A stretch of 48,438 nt of DNA from Stellaceae bacterium (GTDB taxonomy: Bacteria; Pseudomonadota; Alphaproteobacteria; ATCC43930; CGMCC-115725), in the NCBI GenBank assembly GCA_050730055.1, contig JBOHMF010000001.1:1-48438 (forward strand). The letters run 5' to 3'. The notes beneath the pieces were generated by a model. That model saw only the letters and a list, made by a program, of their open reading frames with translations. It was not told the origin of the DNA and searched no databases. How positions within the stretch are numbered: position 1 is the first letter of the stretch; the number at the start of each line of letters is the position of its first letter. Shown piece after piece: positions 18,123 through 27,402 of this stretch. Made by a program: the position numbers and the translations under genes.

Positions 18123-18536
18123 TCACCGCGTGGCGATGACGAGCGTGTTGTCGGAGGCTTCGGCCATCTGCCAGAAATCGCTCGGCGAGCCGCGCCGCAC
18201 GCCGGGGATGGCGGCGCCCGCGCCGCGCTCGTCGACGCACAGCCCGCAATTGACCCAGTCTATCCTGCCCCCCTGGCGTTCGGCCTCGCGCATCAGCGCA
18301 GCGATCGCCTCTTTTGGCAGAAAATGGTTCTCCTCCTCGACATTGCGGCCGTGCACTGCGTTGGGATGCGGCGTCTGCCCGGCAAAGGGCTGCAACACCG
18401 CGCCCTCATAGGCGAAGACGTTGATGTTGTAGCCGCGCCTGGCGGCGATCGCGATGAGACGCAGGGCTGTCGTCGAGCGCGCGTTCTCATAGGGCGCGTC
18501 CATCAGGGCGATGGTGATGGTCTTTCTGTCGGCCAT
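18123..18536 (-). CDS. DsrE/TusD-like sulfur-relay protein (Cys-containing subunit)
   Basis: Real start at MADRKTITIALMDAPYEN (ATG 18536); the rest of the 480-aa ORF upstream is GC-artefact. Motif VNCGLCVDERGAG matches the DsrE/TusD active-site Cys region. Confidence 0.6.
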   Translation of the reverse strand: MADRKTITIALMDAPYENARSTTALRLIAIAARRGYNINVFAYEGAVLQPFAGQTPHPNAVHGRNVEEENHFLPKEAIAALMREAERQGGRIDWVNCGLCVDERGAGAAIPGVRRGSPSDFWQMAEASDNTLVIATR

Positions 18537-18547
18537 GACTGTTTCCC

Positions 18548-18877
18548 TCAATGCCAGAGGACGCGGGCGCCCTCGGTGAGGGCGTCGATTACGATGTCGA
18601 GCGGAGCCGCCGCGATGCCGGCGGCGAGGCGCTGATCGTCGATGCCGCGTTCCTTGAGCGAGAAGCTGTCGGCGAGGACGCGCACGCCGGCCCCGCCGAG
18701 CCGCGCCAGATCGTCCGAAGAGTGGGCGCCCGGCCGCGCCGGCAGCACCCCGTTCTGGACGAGGAACAAGGTGACCTCGTTGTTTGTGGCGGCAAGCTGT
18801 TGCGCCAGATCGCGGCAGAAGCGCGTATCGTTCGAGTCGAATGGATCGCGCGATTCGATCAACAAGTATCGTGCCAT
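18548..18877 (-). CDS. DsrF/TusC-like sulfur-relay family protein
   Basis: 109 aa from ATG 18877 (GAGGAG 6 nt upstream). MARYLLIESRDPF.. and ..LADSFSLKERGID.. follow the DsrE-fold pattern without the motif Cys. Confidence 0.55.
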   Translation of the reverse strand: MARYLLIESRDPFDSNDTRFCRDLAQQLAATNNEVTLFLVQNGVLPARPGAHSSDDLARLGGAGVRVLADSFSLKERGIDDQRLAAGIAAAPLDIVIDALTEGARVLWH

Positions 18878-19121
18878 CAATGTCTCCTCTGTGCGGGAGA
18901 GAGGGTGCAGGCCGGGCGCCGGACCCGGATGCTCGGCCGAAACCGGCGCCGAGGCAACTCCAAAGAGGTCGATCGGGCGGGTACAATACGCCTAGCGGCA
19001 GTGTCGTCGCGGGTGCGGTTCCCATATGCCCGAGACCGGCAGCGATCGGGAAAGGCGATTGACAATTGCCGGCCCGAGGACGATACTTCTCCAAAATATC
19101 GCTTGACAGGGAGGAAAAATC

Positions 19122-19676
19122 GTGAAGGGCGAATCCAAGTGCGCCCTCAATCCGATTTTCGGACGCTGGCGCAGCCAGCTCCTTTATGCCCGCGCCGCTG
19201 TCGGCCTTGCCGTCATGCTGCTCGCCCTGTTGTCGGGCGGAGCCGACGCGCAGAGCGCCGCGCAGATCGCGCGCGGCCGCTATCTGGTCAAGCTCGGCGG
19301 CTGCAACGACTGCCACACCGACGGTTTCACCGAAAGCAACGCGAAAGTTCCCGAGCGGGATTGGCTCGAAGGCAGCGCGCTCGGCTGGCATGGCCCGTGG
19401 GGCACCACCTATCCGGTCAACCTGCGGCTTCTCATCGGCGGCATAAGCGAGGGGCAATGGCTCGAATATTTGCGCACGATGCAGCCGAAACCGCCGATGC
19501 CGTGGTGGGCCCTGCGCTGGATGACGCCACAGGATCAGCGGGCGGTCTACGTCTATATCCGCCATCTCGGGCCGGCCGGGAAGAAGGCGCCGGCGGACCT
19601 GCCGCCGGGCGTGTCCCCGCCGCCGCCCTTTGTGTCGTTTCCGATGCCGCCTGCCAACGCAAAGACATCGGGCTGA
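19122..19676 (+). CDS. mono-haem c-type cytochrome, secreted
   Basis: Single CxxCH (GGCNDCHTDG). Hydrophobic signal-like segment AAVGLAVMLLALLSGGADA. GTG start per the ORF track, so the exact start is uncertain. Confidence 0.7.
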   Translation: MKGESKCALNPIFGRWRSQLLYARAAVGLAVMLLALLSGGADAQSAAQIARGRYLVKLGGCNDCHTDGFTESNAKVPERDWLEGSALGWHGPWGTTYPVNLRLLIGGISEGQWLEYLRTMQPKPPMPWWALRWMTPQDQRAVYVYIRHLGPAGKKAPADLPPGVSPPPPFVSFPMPPANAKTSG

Positions 19677-19715
19677 CGGCGTGAGTCAAAAATTTGCAAT
19701 GCGGGGAGGCCAGAC

Positions 19716-21251
19716 ATGACCCCAGTGCTGCCCTATACCGGTCGGGAGTTTCTCGATAGCCTCGACGACGGGCGGGAGGTGTGGATCTACGGCGAACGGG
19801 TCAAAAACATCACCCTTCACCCCGCCTTTCGCAACGGCGCGCGCATGGTCGCACGGCTCTATGACGCCCTGCACCGCGACTATGCGGAGGGGAAGAACGT
19901 TCTGACCTGCCCGACCGAGTGGGGCGGGTTCACCCATCCCTATTTTGTCGCGCCGCGCGGGGCCAAGGAGCTTGTCGCCGGGCGCGACGCGATCGCCGCC
20001 TGGGCCCGAATGACCTGGGGCTGGCTCGGCCGCTCCCCGGACTACAAGGCGGCGTTGACCGCGACCCTTGGCGGCAACACCGAATTCTACGAACCCTATC
20101 AGGACAACGCGCGGCGCTGGTATCGCAAGAGCCAGGAGCGGGTGCCGTTTATCGGCCACGCCCTTTTGCACCCACCGGTCGACCGCGACCTGGTGCCGGG
20201 CGCACCCGGCGGCACGGCCGATGTCTGCGCCCACGTAACCCGGAAAACCGACGCCGGGATTTACGTCACCGGCGCCAAGGTCGTCGCCACCGGGGCGACC
20301 CTGACGCATTTCATCTTCATCGGCAGCTACGGGCTGATCCCGATGCAGGACCCGGATTATGCGCTGGTGTTCATGCTGCCGACCAACGCGCCGGGGGTCA
20401 AGCTGATCTGCCGCATCTCCAACGAGCAGCGCGCTGCCGTCAGCGGCAGCCCGTTCGACTATCCCTTATCGAGCCGGCTCGACGAGAACGACGCGATCGT
20501 CGTCATGGACGATGTCTTTGTCCCGTGGGAGAACGTGTTTGTCTGCGGCGATGTCGACAAGGCCAATACATTCTTCCCGAGGAGCGGTTTTGTGCAGCGC
20601 TTCCAGTTGCACGGCTGCACCCGGCTGGCGGTCAAGCTCGACTTCATCATCGGGCTGTTCATCAGGGCGACCGAGATGGCGGGGACCCGCGGCTTTCGCG
20701 GGGTCGAGGCCAATCTCGGCGAGGTCATCGCTTGGCGCAACGCGATGTGGGCGCTGTCGGACGCGATGGCCAAGAGTCCCGACCCGTGGACCGAGGGTTT
20801 TGTCCTGCCGGGTTCGGAACCCGGCGCTGCATACCACGCCCTCGGCCCCGAGGCTTATGTCCAGGTGCGGCACCAGATCGAAAAGACGGTGGCGAGCAGC
20901 CTCATCTACCTCAACTCGCACGCCCGCGACTTCAAGGTGCCGGAACTGCGCAAGTATCTCGATCTCTATGTCCGCGGCAGCGGCGGCGTCAGCGCGGTCG
21001 AGCGGGTCAAGCTGATGAAGCTGCTCTGGGATGCGGTCGGCAGCGAGTTTGGCGCCCGGCACGAACTCTACGAGGTCAACTACTCCGGCAGCCACGAAGA
21101 GATCCGCCGCTTTGCCCTGCTGGGCGCGCTCGCCTCGGGGCAATACGAGCGCTGGAAGGGCTTTGCCGACAGTTGCATGGCCGAATACGATCTCGACGGC
21201 TGGACCGTGCCCGATCTCGTCAACCCGGACGATGTCAGCGTCCTGCGCTGA
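19716..21251 (+). CDS. 4-hydroxyphenylacetate 3-monooxygenase oxygenase-component family (HpaB-like, FADH2-dependent)
   Basis: 511 aa. N-terminus YTGREFLDSLDDGREVWIYGERVKNITLHPAFRN.ARMVARLYD is typical of the HpaB family. GGGGAGG SD. No adjacent flavin reductase gene was seen. Confidence 0.8.
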   Translation: MTPVLPYTGREFLDSLDDGREVWIYGERVKNITLHPAFRNGARMVARLYDALHRDYAEGKNVLTCPTEWGGFTHPYFVAPRGAKELVAGRDAIAAWARMTWGWLGRSPDYKAALTATLGGNTEFYEPYQDNARRWYRKSQERVPFIGHALLHPPVDRDLVPGAPGGTADVCAHVTRKTDAGIYVTGAKVVATGATLTHFIFIGSYGLIPMQDPDYALVFMLPTNAPGVKLICRISNEQRAAVSGSPFDYPLSSRLDENDAIVVMDDVFVPWENVFVCGDVDKANTFFPRSGFVQRFQLHGCTRLAVKLDFIIGLFIRATEMAGTRGFRGVEANLGEVIAWRNAMWALSDAMAKSPDPWTEGFVLPGSEPGAAYHALGPEAYVQVRHQIEKTVASSLIYLNSHARDFKVPELRKYLDLYVRGSGGVSAVERVKLMKLLWDAVGSEFGARHELYEVNYSGSHEEIRRFALLGALASGQYERWKGFADSCMAEYDLDGWTVPDLVNPDDVSVLR

Positions 21252-21279
21252 CGCAAGCGGGTACCGCCGGCCGAACCCG

Positions 21280-21726
21280 TCAGCGCCACTTCTCCTCGGT
21301 TGCGCCCGAGCGCTGCGCCGTGGTCAGCGTGCGCGGATCGGCGACATCGATCGTCAGATGCTCGGTCGGCTTTGGCGTCGCGGTCATCAGGGTGACCCCC
21401 TCCGGCGCTGCAAAGCGGTGCCACGCGCCCTGCGGCACGATGACCAGCATTCCCGCCTTGAGCGCGTGGGATTGCGGCCCGTCGGCGGTGATGATGTGGA
21501 GGGCCGCCGCGCCGTCGATGACCTGCACCAGTTCGTCGCCATTGGGATGACGCTCCCAGGCGCCGTTGCCGGAAAACCGGGCGCTGAACAGGTTGCCGTC
21601 GCGGAACGGCGCCAGCGTGGCAAACCCCCCGCTCGCCTTGCGCTCGGCCTCGGTCGTCTGCGGTGTGCGGCCGTGCAGCACGTTCAGCTTTGCCACTGCG
21701 GCATTGAGATCGACAATGGTGATCAT
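21280..21726 (-). CDS. cupin-domain protein
   Basis: Start MITIVDLN (ATG 21726, ATGA overlap with the upstream LLM gene stop). Cupin motifs WERHPNGDELVQVIDG ... GMLVIVPQGAWHRF. Confidence 0.65.
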   Translation of the reverse strand: MITIVDLNAAVAKLNVLHGRTPQTTEAERKASGGFATLAPFRDGNLFSARFSGNGAWERHPNGDELVQVIDGAAALHIITADGPQSHALKAGMLVIVPQGAWHRFAAPEGVTLMTATPKPTEHLTIDVADPRTLTTAQRSGATEEKWR

Positions 21727-22853
21727 GCGTCCCTCCGCATCGCGTTTTGAGATCCGTTGGTTCGTCCTGTACGCAGACCCAGGCGTTCGAGGCGCGGCAG
21801 CACCTCGGCGCAGAAATACGGCAACTCGTCGAGGTAGTTGACAAAGGAGACCGCGATCCCGGTCAGCCCGACCTCGGCGAGCCGCGCCAGGTCCCGCGCC
21901 ACCCCGTCCGGATCGCCAACCAGCGGCAACCCGCCCATGCCATTGGCCTGATGCGCGCGGACGCGCTGAAACGCTTCCGGCGCATGATTGTGCGGCGTGA
22001 TGTTCTTCATCGCCAGGATATTGTCGACCGCCGCCCAATCGGCATTGTCGACGATCGCGTAGCGGTAATAGTCCTCGGCCTCCCGTGCCGTGGGCCTGCA
22101 GGTGACGACCCCGACGGTATAAACGTCGAGCGCGCGGCCCGCCTCTCGCGCCCGCGCCTGCACCCCCTTGATGTGCGCCGCCGTCTCGTCGAACGAGATG
22201 CCGAGCGATACATTGGAAAACAGCGCATCGCAGTTGCGGATCGCAAACGCCTGACCGGTCGGCGAAGCGCCGGCGTTCATGATCAGCGGCCGGGTCCCGC
22301 CATAGGGCTTGGGCTTGGCGCGCACCCCCTTCAGCGCGAAGAAGCGCCCCGCAAAGTCGAACTCTTCGCCCGGCGACCAGGCGAGCCTGACGATGTCGAG
22401 CCATTCCTGCGCATAGTCATAGCGCGCCTCGTGATCGCGCAAGCGCGCGCCAAACATCTCGAACTCGCCCGCGTTCCAGCCGCACACCAGATTGAGACCA
22501 AAGCGCCCGGCGCCGATGTGGTCGGCGGTGACAAACTCCTTGGCGGCGATCAGCGGCGGGATCAGCGGGGCGTGGACGGTGCCAAACACGGTGACCCGCT
22601 CGGTCCGGGCGAGGAGGCCGCAGGCCCAGGTCATGGTCTCAAACGTCGCGCCCTGGTAATCGGTGTCGCCGCCATACCCCTTCCAGCGTCCGATCGGCAG
22701 CAGAAACTCGATGCCGGCCTGGTCGGCCATCCGCGCCAGCCGGACGCAGTCGGCCCAGCTTCCCGACCAGCGCTCCGGCACCGTCGTGACCGCACGGCCG
22801 GAGGAACAGTTGGCGCCAAAGAGGCCCAGCTTGAGGCGGTTGGCGCTGCCCAT
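21723..22853 (-). CDS. LLM-class (luciferase-like) flavin-dependent monooxygenase
   Basis: RLKLGLFGANCSSG ... FETMTWA ... NLVCGWN ... typical of nitrilotriacetate-monooxygenase-like LLMs. The start is uncertain: ATG 22853 is used, with GTG 22889 and ATG 22919/22922 as alternatives. Confidence 0.7.
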   Translation of the reverse strand: MGSANRLKLGLFGANCSSGRAVTTVPERWSGSWADCVRLARMADQAGIEFLLPIGRWKGYGGDTDYQGATFETMTWACGLLARTERVTVFGTVHAPLIPPLIAAKEFVTADHIGAGRFGLNLVCGWNAGEFEMFGARLRDHEARYDYAQEWLDIVRLAWSPGEEFDFAGRFFALKGVRAKPKPYGGTRPLIMNAGASPTGQAFAIRNCDALFSNVSLGISFDETAAHIKGVQARAREAGRALDVYTVGVVTCRPTAREAEDYYRYAIVDNADWAAVDNILAMKNITPHNHAPEAFQRVRAHQANGMGGLPLVGDPDGVARDLARLAEVGLTGIAVSFVNYLDELPYFCAEVLPRLERLGLRTGRTNGSQNAMRRDA

Positions 22854-23129
22854 CGCGGCGCGCCCAGCGGTTCCGATTTTGGCGTTCACGCTCACCCCGC
22901 CGGCTTTTCTTGGCGCCATCATAATATGCGAGACCGCTGCGGGAACCGGCAAACTGCGGGGAATGGCGCCCGCGCTCGGGCGCAGCCACAGCCCTGCGCC
23001 GCGGCAGGGATCAGACCGAACCGCTGCGCGGAGCGGCCATCCTTCCCGCATCTCTCACCCCTGCGCTCCCCGCTCTTGTATTTTTTTGCGTGACGCGCGA
23101 CGCTGAAGCGAGCCGAACAAGCGTGAGCA

Positions 23130-25418
23130 ATGGAGGCAGCCGTGAACGACATCGCGACGACGCAGTTCAAATGGGTCGGGACCCGGCCGATACGCCCCGA
23201 CGGAGTGCCAAAGGTGACGGGGCGCGCGATGTACGGCGCCGATCTGGTGATGCCGGGCATGCTGGCCGGCAAGATCCTGCGCTCGCCGCACGCGCATGCC
23301 CGCATCCGCGCGATCGATACGTCAAAGGCGGCGGCGCTGCCCGGGGTCAAGGCGGTGGTCACCGCGGCCGATTTTCCCGACCACAAATTCGAATATATCG
23401 GACCCGAGCGGGTCGCGCAGAATTTCTGGCATCTTTCGCGCAATGTCATCGCCCGCGAAAAAGCCCTTTACGAAGGTCACGCGGTCGCTGCCGTCGCGGC
23501 GATCAACGCCGCCGTCGCGGCGGAAGCGGTGGCGCTGATCGCGGTCGATTACGAGGTGCTGCCGCACGTCATCGATGTCGATGCGGCGATGCAGCCGGAC
23601 GCGCCGCTCCTGTTTGAGGACATGATCACCCGCGGGATCGAGCCGGCACCGGCCCGGCCCTCCAACATCTCAAAGCGCGTCGAATTCAAGATCGGCGATC
23701 TGGAAGCCGGTTTTGCCGCCGCCGATGAGATTGTCGAACACGAATTCAAGACGGCGGCGGTGCATCAGGCCTATATCGAGCCGCACGCTTGCGTCGCCCG
23801 TGTCGATGCCGACGGCCAGAGCGAGGTCTGGACCGCGACCCAGGGTCATTTTGCCGTGCGTGCGCTGATCGCCCGGATGACCGGCATGAGTGTCGGCGAT
23901 CTGCGCGTGATCCCGTCCGAGATCGGCGGCGGCTTTGGCGGCAAGCTCCCGGTCTATCTCGAACCGGTGGCGGTGATGCTGTCAAAAAAATCGGGCCGCC
24001 CGGTCAAGCTCGTCATGGGCCGCGACGAGGTGTTCAAGGCTTCCGGACCGACCTCGGGCGCGTCGATGTGGGTCAAGATCGGCGCCAGGAAGGACGGCAC
24101 GATCACCGCCGCCGACGGCATCTTCAAATTCCAGGCGGGCGCCTTCCCGGGTTCGCCGGTCATGAATGGGTGTCTGTGCGCGTTCGCGCCTTACGACGTC
24201 CCGAACGCGCGCACGGTCGGTTACGATGTCGTCTGCAACCGGCCGAAATCGGCGGCATACCGCGCCCCGGGGTCGCCGATCTCGGCCTTTGCGGTCGAGA
24301 GCGTGCTCGACATGGTGGCCCAGAAGCTCGGCATGGACCCGCTGCAATTCCGCCTGAAGAATGCGGCGCGGCCGGGAACAGCGATGATCTACGGCCCCAA
24401 ACTGGCCCATGGCGGCTATGTCGAGACCCTGGAGGCGCTGATCAACCATCCGGCCTACAAGACGCCCCTGGGGCCGAACCAGGGCCGCGGCGTGGCCTCG
24501 GGCTACTGGTTCAACGGCGGCGGCGAATCGAGCGCAAACATCCAGGTCAACGAAGACGGCACCGTCACCGTCGCCAGCGGCAGCGTCGATATCGGCGGCT
24601 CGCGCGCGTCGATGGCGCTGATGGCGGCCGAGACCCTGGGGGTCGATTACAAGCAGGTGCGCTCGATTGTCGCCGACACGGCCTCGGTCGGCTTCACCAA
24701 CCCGACCGGCGGCTCGCGCGTCACCTTTGCCACCGGCATGGCCGTCGTCGAAGCCAGCAGGAAGATCATCGGCGAATTGCGCAAGCGCGCGGCGATGATC
24801 TGGGATGTCGATGTCGAGGGCGTCGTCTGGGAAGACGGCCAGGCCAAACCGGCGGGCAGCAATGTCGGCGATTTCCCGCCCTTGTCGCTGAAGGAACTGG
24901 CCGCCAAGAAGTCTCTGACCGGCGGCCCGATCACCGCCGCCGCCTCGGTCAGTGCCGGCGGTCAGGCGCCCGGCTTCTCGACGCAATTCTGCGATGTCGA
25001 GGTCGATCCCGAAACCGGCAAGGTCACGATCCTGCGCTATGTCGCCGCCCAGGATGTCGGCAAGGCGATCCACCCGTCCTATGTCGAGGGGCAGATCCAG
25101 GGCGGTGTCGCCCAGGGGATCGGCTGGGCGCTCAACGAGGAATACATCTATGACGCCAAGGGACGGCTCGACAATGCGGGCTTTCTCGATTACCGCGTTC
25201 CGGTGGCTCCGGACCTGCCGATGATCGAGGCGGTCCTCATCGAGGTGCCCAATCCCAACCACCCCTATGGCGCCAAGGGCGTCGGCGAGGTCAACATCGT
25301 GCCGCCGATGGCGGCGATCGCCAACGCGATTGCCAATGCGGTCGGGCTGCGCCTCTGCGAACTGCCGATGTCGCCGCCAAAGGTACGCGCCGGTCTCGAC
25401 GCGGCCGCAGGCGACTAG
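23130..25418 (+). CDS. xanthine dehydrogenase family molybdopterin-binding large subunit (orphan copy 2)
   Basis: 762 aa. WVGTRPIRPDGVPKVTGRAMYGAD..ILRSPHAHARI, QGGVAQGIGWAL.EE, GAKGVGEVNIVPPMAAIANAI. No Fe-S or FAD partner genes are adjacent. Confidence 0.85.
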   Translation: MEAAVNDIATTQFKWVGTRPIRPDGVPKVTGRAMYGADLVMPGMLAGKILRSPHAHARIRAIDTSKAAALPGVKAVVTAADFPDHKFEYIGPERVAQNFWHLSRNVIAREKALYEGHAVAAVAAINAAVAAEAVALIAVDYEVLPHVIDVDAAMQPDAPLLFEDMITRGIEPAPARPSNISKRVEFKIGDLEAGFAAADEIVEHEFKTAAVHQAYIEPHACVARVDADGQSEVWTATQGHFAVRALIARMTGMSVGDLRVIPSEIGGGFGGKLPVYLEPVAVMLSKKSGRPVKLVMGRDEVFKASGPTSGASMWVKIGARKDGTITAADGIFKFQAGAFPGSPVMNGCLCAFAPYDVPNARTVGYDVVCNRPKSAAYRAPGSPISAFAVESVLDMVAQKLGMDPLQFRLKNAARPGTAMIYGPKLAHGGYVETLEALINHPAYKTPLGPNQGRGVASGYWFNGGGESSANIQVNEDGTVTVASGSVDIGGSRASMALMAAETLGVDYKQVRSIVADTASVGFTNPTGGSRVTFATGMAVVEASRKIIGELRKRAAMIWDVDVEGVVWEDGQAKPAGSNVGDFPPLSLKELAAKKSLTGGPITAAASVSAGGQAPGFSTQFCDVEVDPETGKVTILRYVAAQDVGKAIHPSYVEGQIQGGVAQGIGWALNEEYIYDAKGRLDNAGFLDYRVPVAPDLPMIEAVLIEVPNPNHPYGAKGVGEVNIVPPMAAIANAIANAVGLRLCELPMSPPKVRAGLDAAAGD

Positions 25419-25430
25419 GAGGCCAGTGCC

Positions 25431-25685
25431 ATGGCGACCGCGCGGGTCGTTTTCACCGCCGGCTTCAGCCGCCGCTATACCGGCGGGGCGCGCGAATTCG
25501 AAGTCGAGGCGAAAAACCTGCGCGGCGTCATCAAGGAGATGGACCGGCTCTATCCCGGCCTGGGCCGGCATCTCGAAGAGGAAACAACCGTCGCGATCAA
25601 CGGCGAGATCCACGAGGTCGGCTATTTCCAGCCGATCCCGCAGGGTTGCGAGGTCTTCTTCATCCCCATGCTCGAAGGCGGATAG
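25431..25685 (+). CDS. MoaD/ThiS-family ubiquitin-like small protein ending in Gly-Gly
   Basis: 84 aa. MATARVVFTAGFSRRYTGG..EFEVEA.NLRGVI.EM...YPGL ... VAINGEI ... GCEVFFIPMLEGG*. AGGAGG 8 nt upstream. Begins 12 nt after the large-subunit stop. Confidence 0.6.
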   Translation: MATARVVFTAGFSRRYTGGAREFEVEAKNLRGVIKEMDRLYPGLGRHLEEETTVAINGEIHEVGYFQPIPQGCEVFFIPMLEGG

Positions 25686-25705
25686 GGGATTCCGCAAGAG
25701 AAACC

Positions 25706-25728
25706 CTCGCCGCCCACAGGGCGGCGAG
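25706..25728. terminator. hairpin between convergent genes
   Basis: CTCGCCGCCC-ACA-GGGCGGCGAG, a 10-bp perfect stem about 20 nt after the MoaD-like stop. There is no clear U-tract. Confidence 0.3.
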
Positions 25729-25825
25729 AGTGCGCCGTCTGCGGCCACTCATAAGAGCGGGGACCGCGGCCGATAGCAGTCACTCGCAGATAGTGCCTCC
25801 TCGCCGCGATTGGCCCCAATGGGGT

Positions 25826-26668
25826 CTAATCTTTCTTTGGCGACCAGCCATAAGCCTTGGCGCAGGCGCCGCCCATCAGCATGGCCCGCTCGGTGTCGCT
25901 CAGGCGGTCGGTCTTGCGGAAGGGCTCGACAGCCTGCTCGTAGTTGACCACGGCGAACGCGCGCGTCCAGTCCGTGCCCCATAGGCAGCGATCAAAACCC
26001 CAGGCGTCGAACACGCGGGCCAGCGGGTCCCAGATGTCCGGAAAAGGATAGGGTTGCCGGGACAGCGTGCAGGCGCCGCTGACCTTGATCACCGCGTTTG
26101 GCCGCCGGGCGAGTTCCAGCACCTTTGGGAGGTCGGCCCAGGGCTGCGGCGGCGCCGGCGGCACGCGCGGTTGCAGGGTGCCCAGATGGTCGATGATAAA
26201 GCGCGTGTCGGGGTGGCGGTCGATCAGCGCGGCGCCGGCCTCCACATTGTCCCAGAACAGGACATTGACCGGAACGTCGTGGCGGACGGCGGCGCGCGCG
26301 ATCCGGTCGAGGCCCGCGTCGTCCGGCGCGCGCTTTGCCTCTTTTGTCAGCATGATGCGGATGCCGACCGCACCCGGCGTCTTCTTCCAGTCGGCGATGA
26401 CATCGGCCACCGCCGGATCGTCCGGATCGACCGGCTTGACGATCGCAAACCGGCCGGGATGGGTCCGTTGCACTTCGACCGCATAGCTGGCGTCGTAGCG
26501 GTACATGGAAAAGGCGGAGATGAAGATCGCGCCGTCAACGCCGACCTTGTCCATCGTCGCCACCATCTCGTCACCGGTGACGTGAGCGGGCCAGTTCGGC
26601 ACGCTGTGCCAGGGTCGCTCCGGGGTGTTCGCCGCGTAAGCATGGACCTGGGAATCGATGATCGTCAT
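25826..26668 (-). CDS. amidohydrolase-2 family protein (PF04909-like; ACMSD / lactone-hydrolase-type metal-dependent hydrolase)
   Basis: Start MTIIDSQVHAY (ATG 26668, AAGGAG 8 nt upstream). IDSQVH... and ..FIIDHLG.. motifs. The ORF-track N-terminal extension is rejected. Confidence 0.7.
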   Translation of the reverse strand: MTIIDSQVHAYAANTPERPWHSVPNWPAHVTGDEMVATMDKVGVDGAIFISAFSMYRYDASYAVEVQRTHPGRFAIVKPVDPDDPAVADVIADWKKTPGAVGIRIMLTKEAKRAPDDAGLDRIARAAVRHDVPVNVLFWDNVEAGAALIDRHPDTRFIIDHLGTLQPRVPPAPPQPWADLPKVLELARRPNAVIKVSGACTLSRQPYPFPDIWDPLARVFDAWGFDRCLWGTDWTRAFAVVNYEQAVEPFRKTDRLSDTERAMLMGGACAKAYGWSPKKD

Positions 26669-26754
26669 CGGATAAGCTCCTTTGTGCCATGCGAGTTTGG
26701 TCGCCGTTTCCTGAGATTTGCGCGCTGCGGCTCCGGAACAGGGTGCCCGACCGC

Positions 26755-27402
26755 TCAGGGTCCGATCCAGTCGAACGGGATGTGCTTGGCCGAATTGAGC
26801 GTGTACGCGAACTTGAAGCCATACGCATCGACCGACAGGATCGTCGCCTTGCCCCAGGTAACGAGCTGCGGCCCGGGGCCGGTTTCGCTGCCTGGAGCGT
26901 TCATCAGCTGCGGATACTTCCCGGGCGGGCTGGTCGGCCCGATGATCGCCTTGGCCCAGGCCTTGACCCGGCCCGCGATCTCGACCCCCCAATGGCCGAG
27001 ATCGGGAGCGATCTCATAGGTGATTTTGGCCCGCTCAACGCCGCGGCTCTGCCGGCCGCCGGCAAAGCACTCGTTGACCCAGCCGAGGAAGCCGCCGGCG
27101 CGACCGCCAATGATGGCCGGCAACGTCTCCATCTGCCGGTCGTCGGCATGATCATCGATATAGAGGCCGGCGACCCCGGTCGCCTGCCTTGCCCAGAGGT
27201 CGCCCTCCCAGCGGCCGACCCGCACAAAGCTCAGATTGTCGAGCTTGACATCGCCGTAATGACCTTCGCGGACATGCCAGAACAGCACGGATTCGCAGAA
27301 GCCGTTATCGGGCGCCTGGGCAAAGGTGCAGGGGCAGGGAACCGCGCAGCTGCAGTTGTCAAACCAGTCGCCGACGATATGCCAGCTCGGGATGTCGCTC
27401 AT
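26755..27402 (-). CDS. DUF1326-domain protein
   Basis: N-terminus W.IVGDWFDNCSCAVPCPCTF, the characteristic Cys-rich start of the DUF1326 family. 215 aa. Confidence 0.65.
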   Translation of the reverse strand: MSDIPSWHIVGDWFDNCSCAVPCPCTFAQAPDNGFCESVLFWHVREGHYGDVKLDNLSFVRVGRWEGDLWARQATGVAGLYIDDHADDRQMETLPAIIGGRAGGFLGWVNECFAGGRQSRGVERAKITYEIAPDLGHWGVEIAGRVKAWAKAIIGPTSPPGKYPQLMNAPGSETGPGPQLVTWGKATILSVDAYGFKFAYTLNSAKHIPFDWIGP

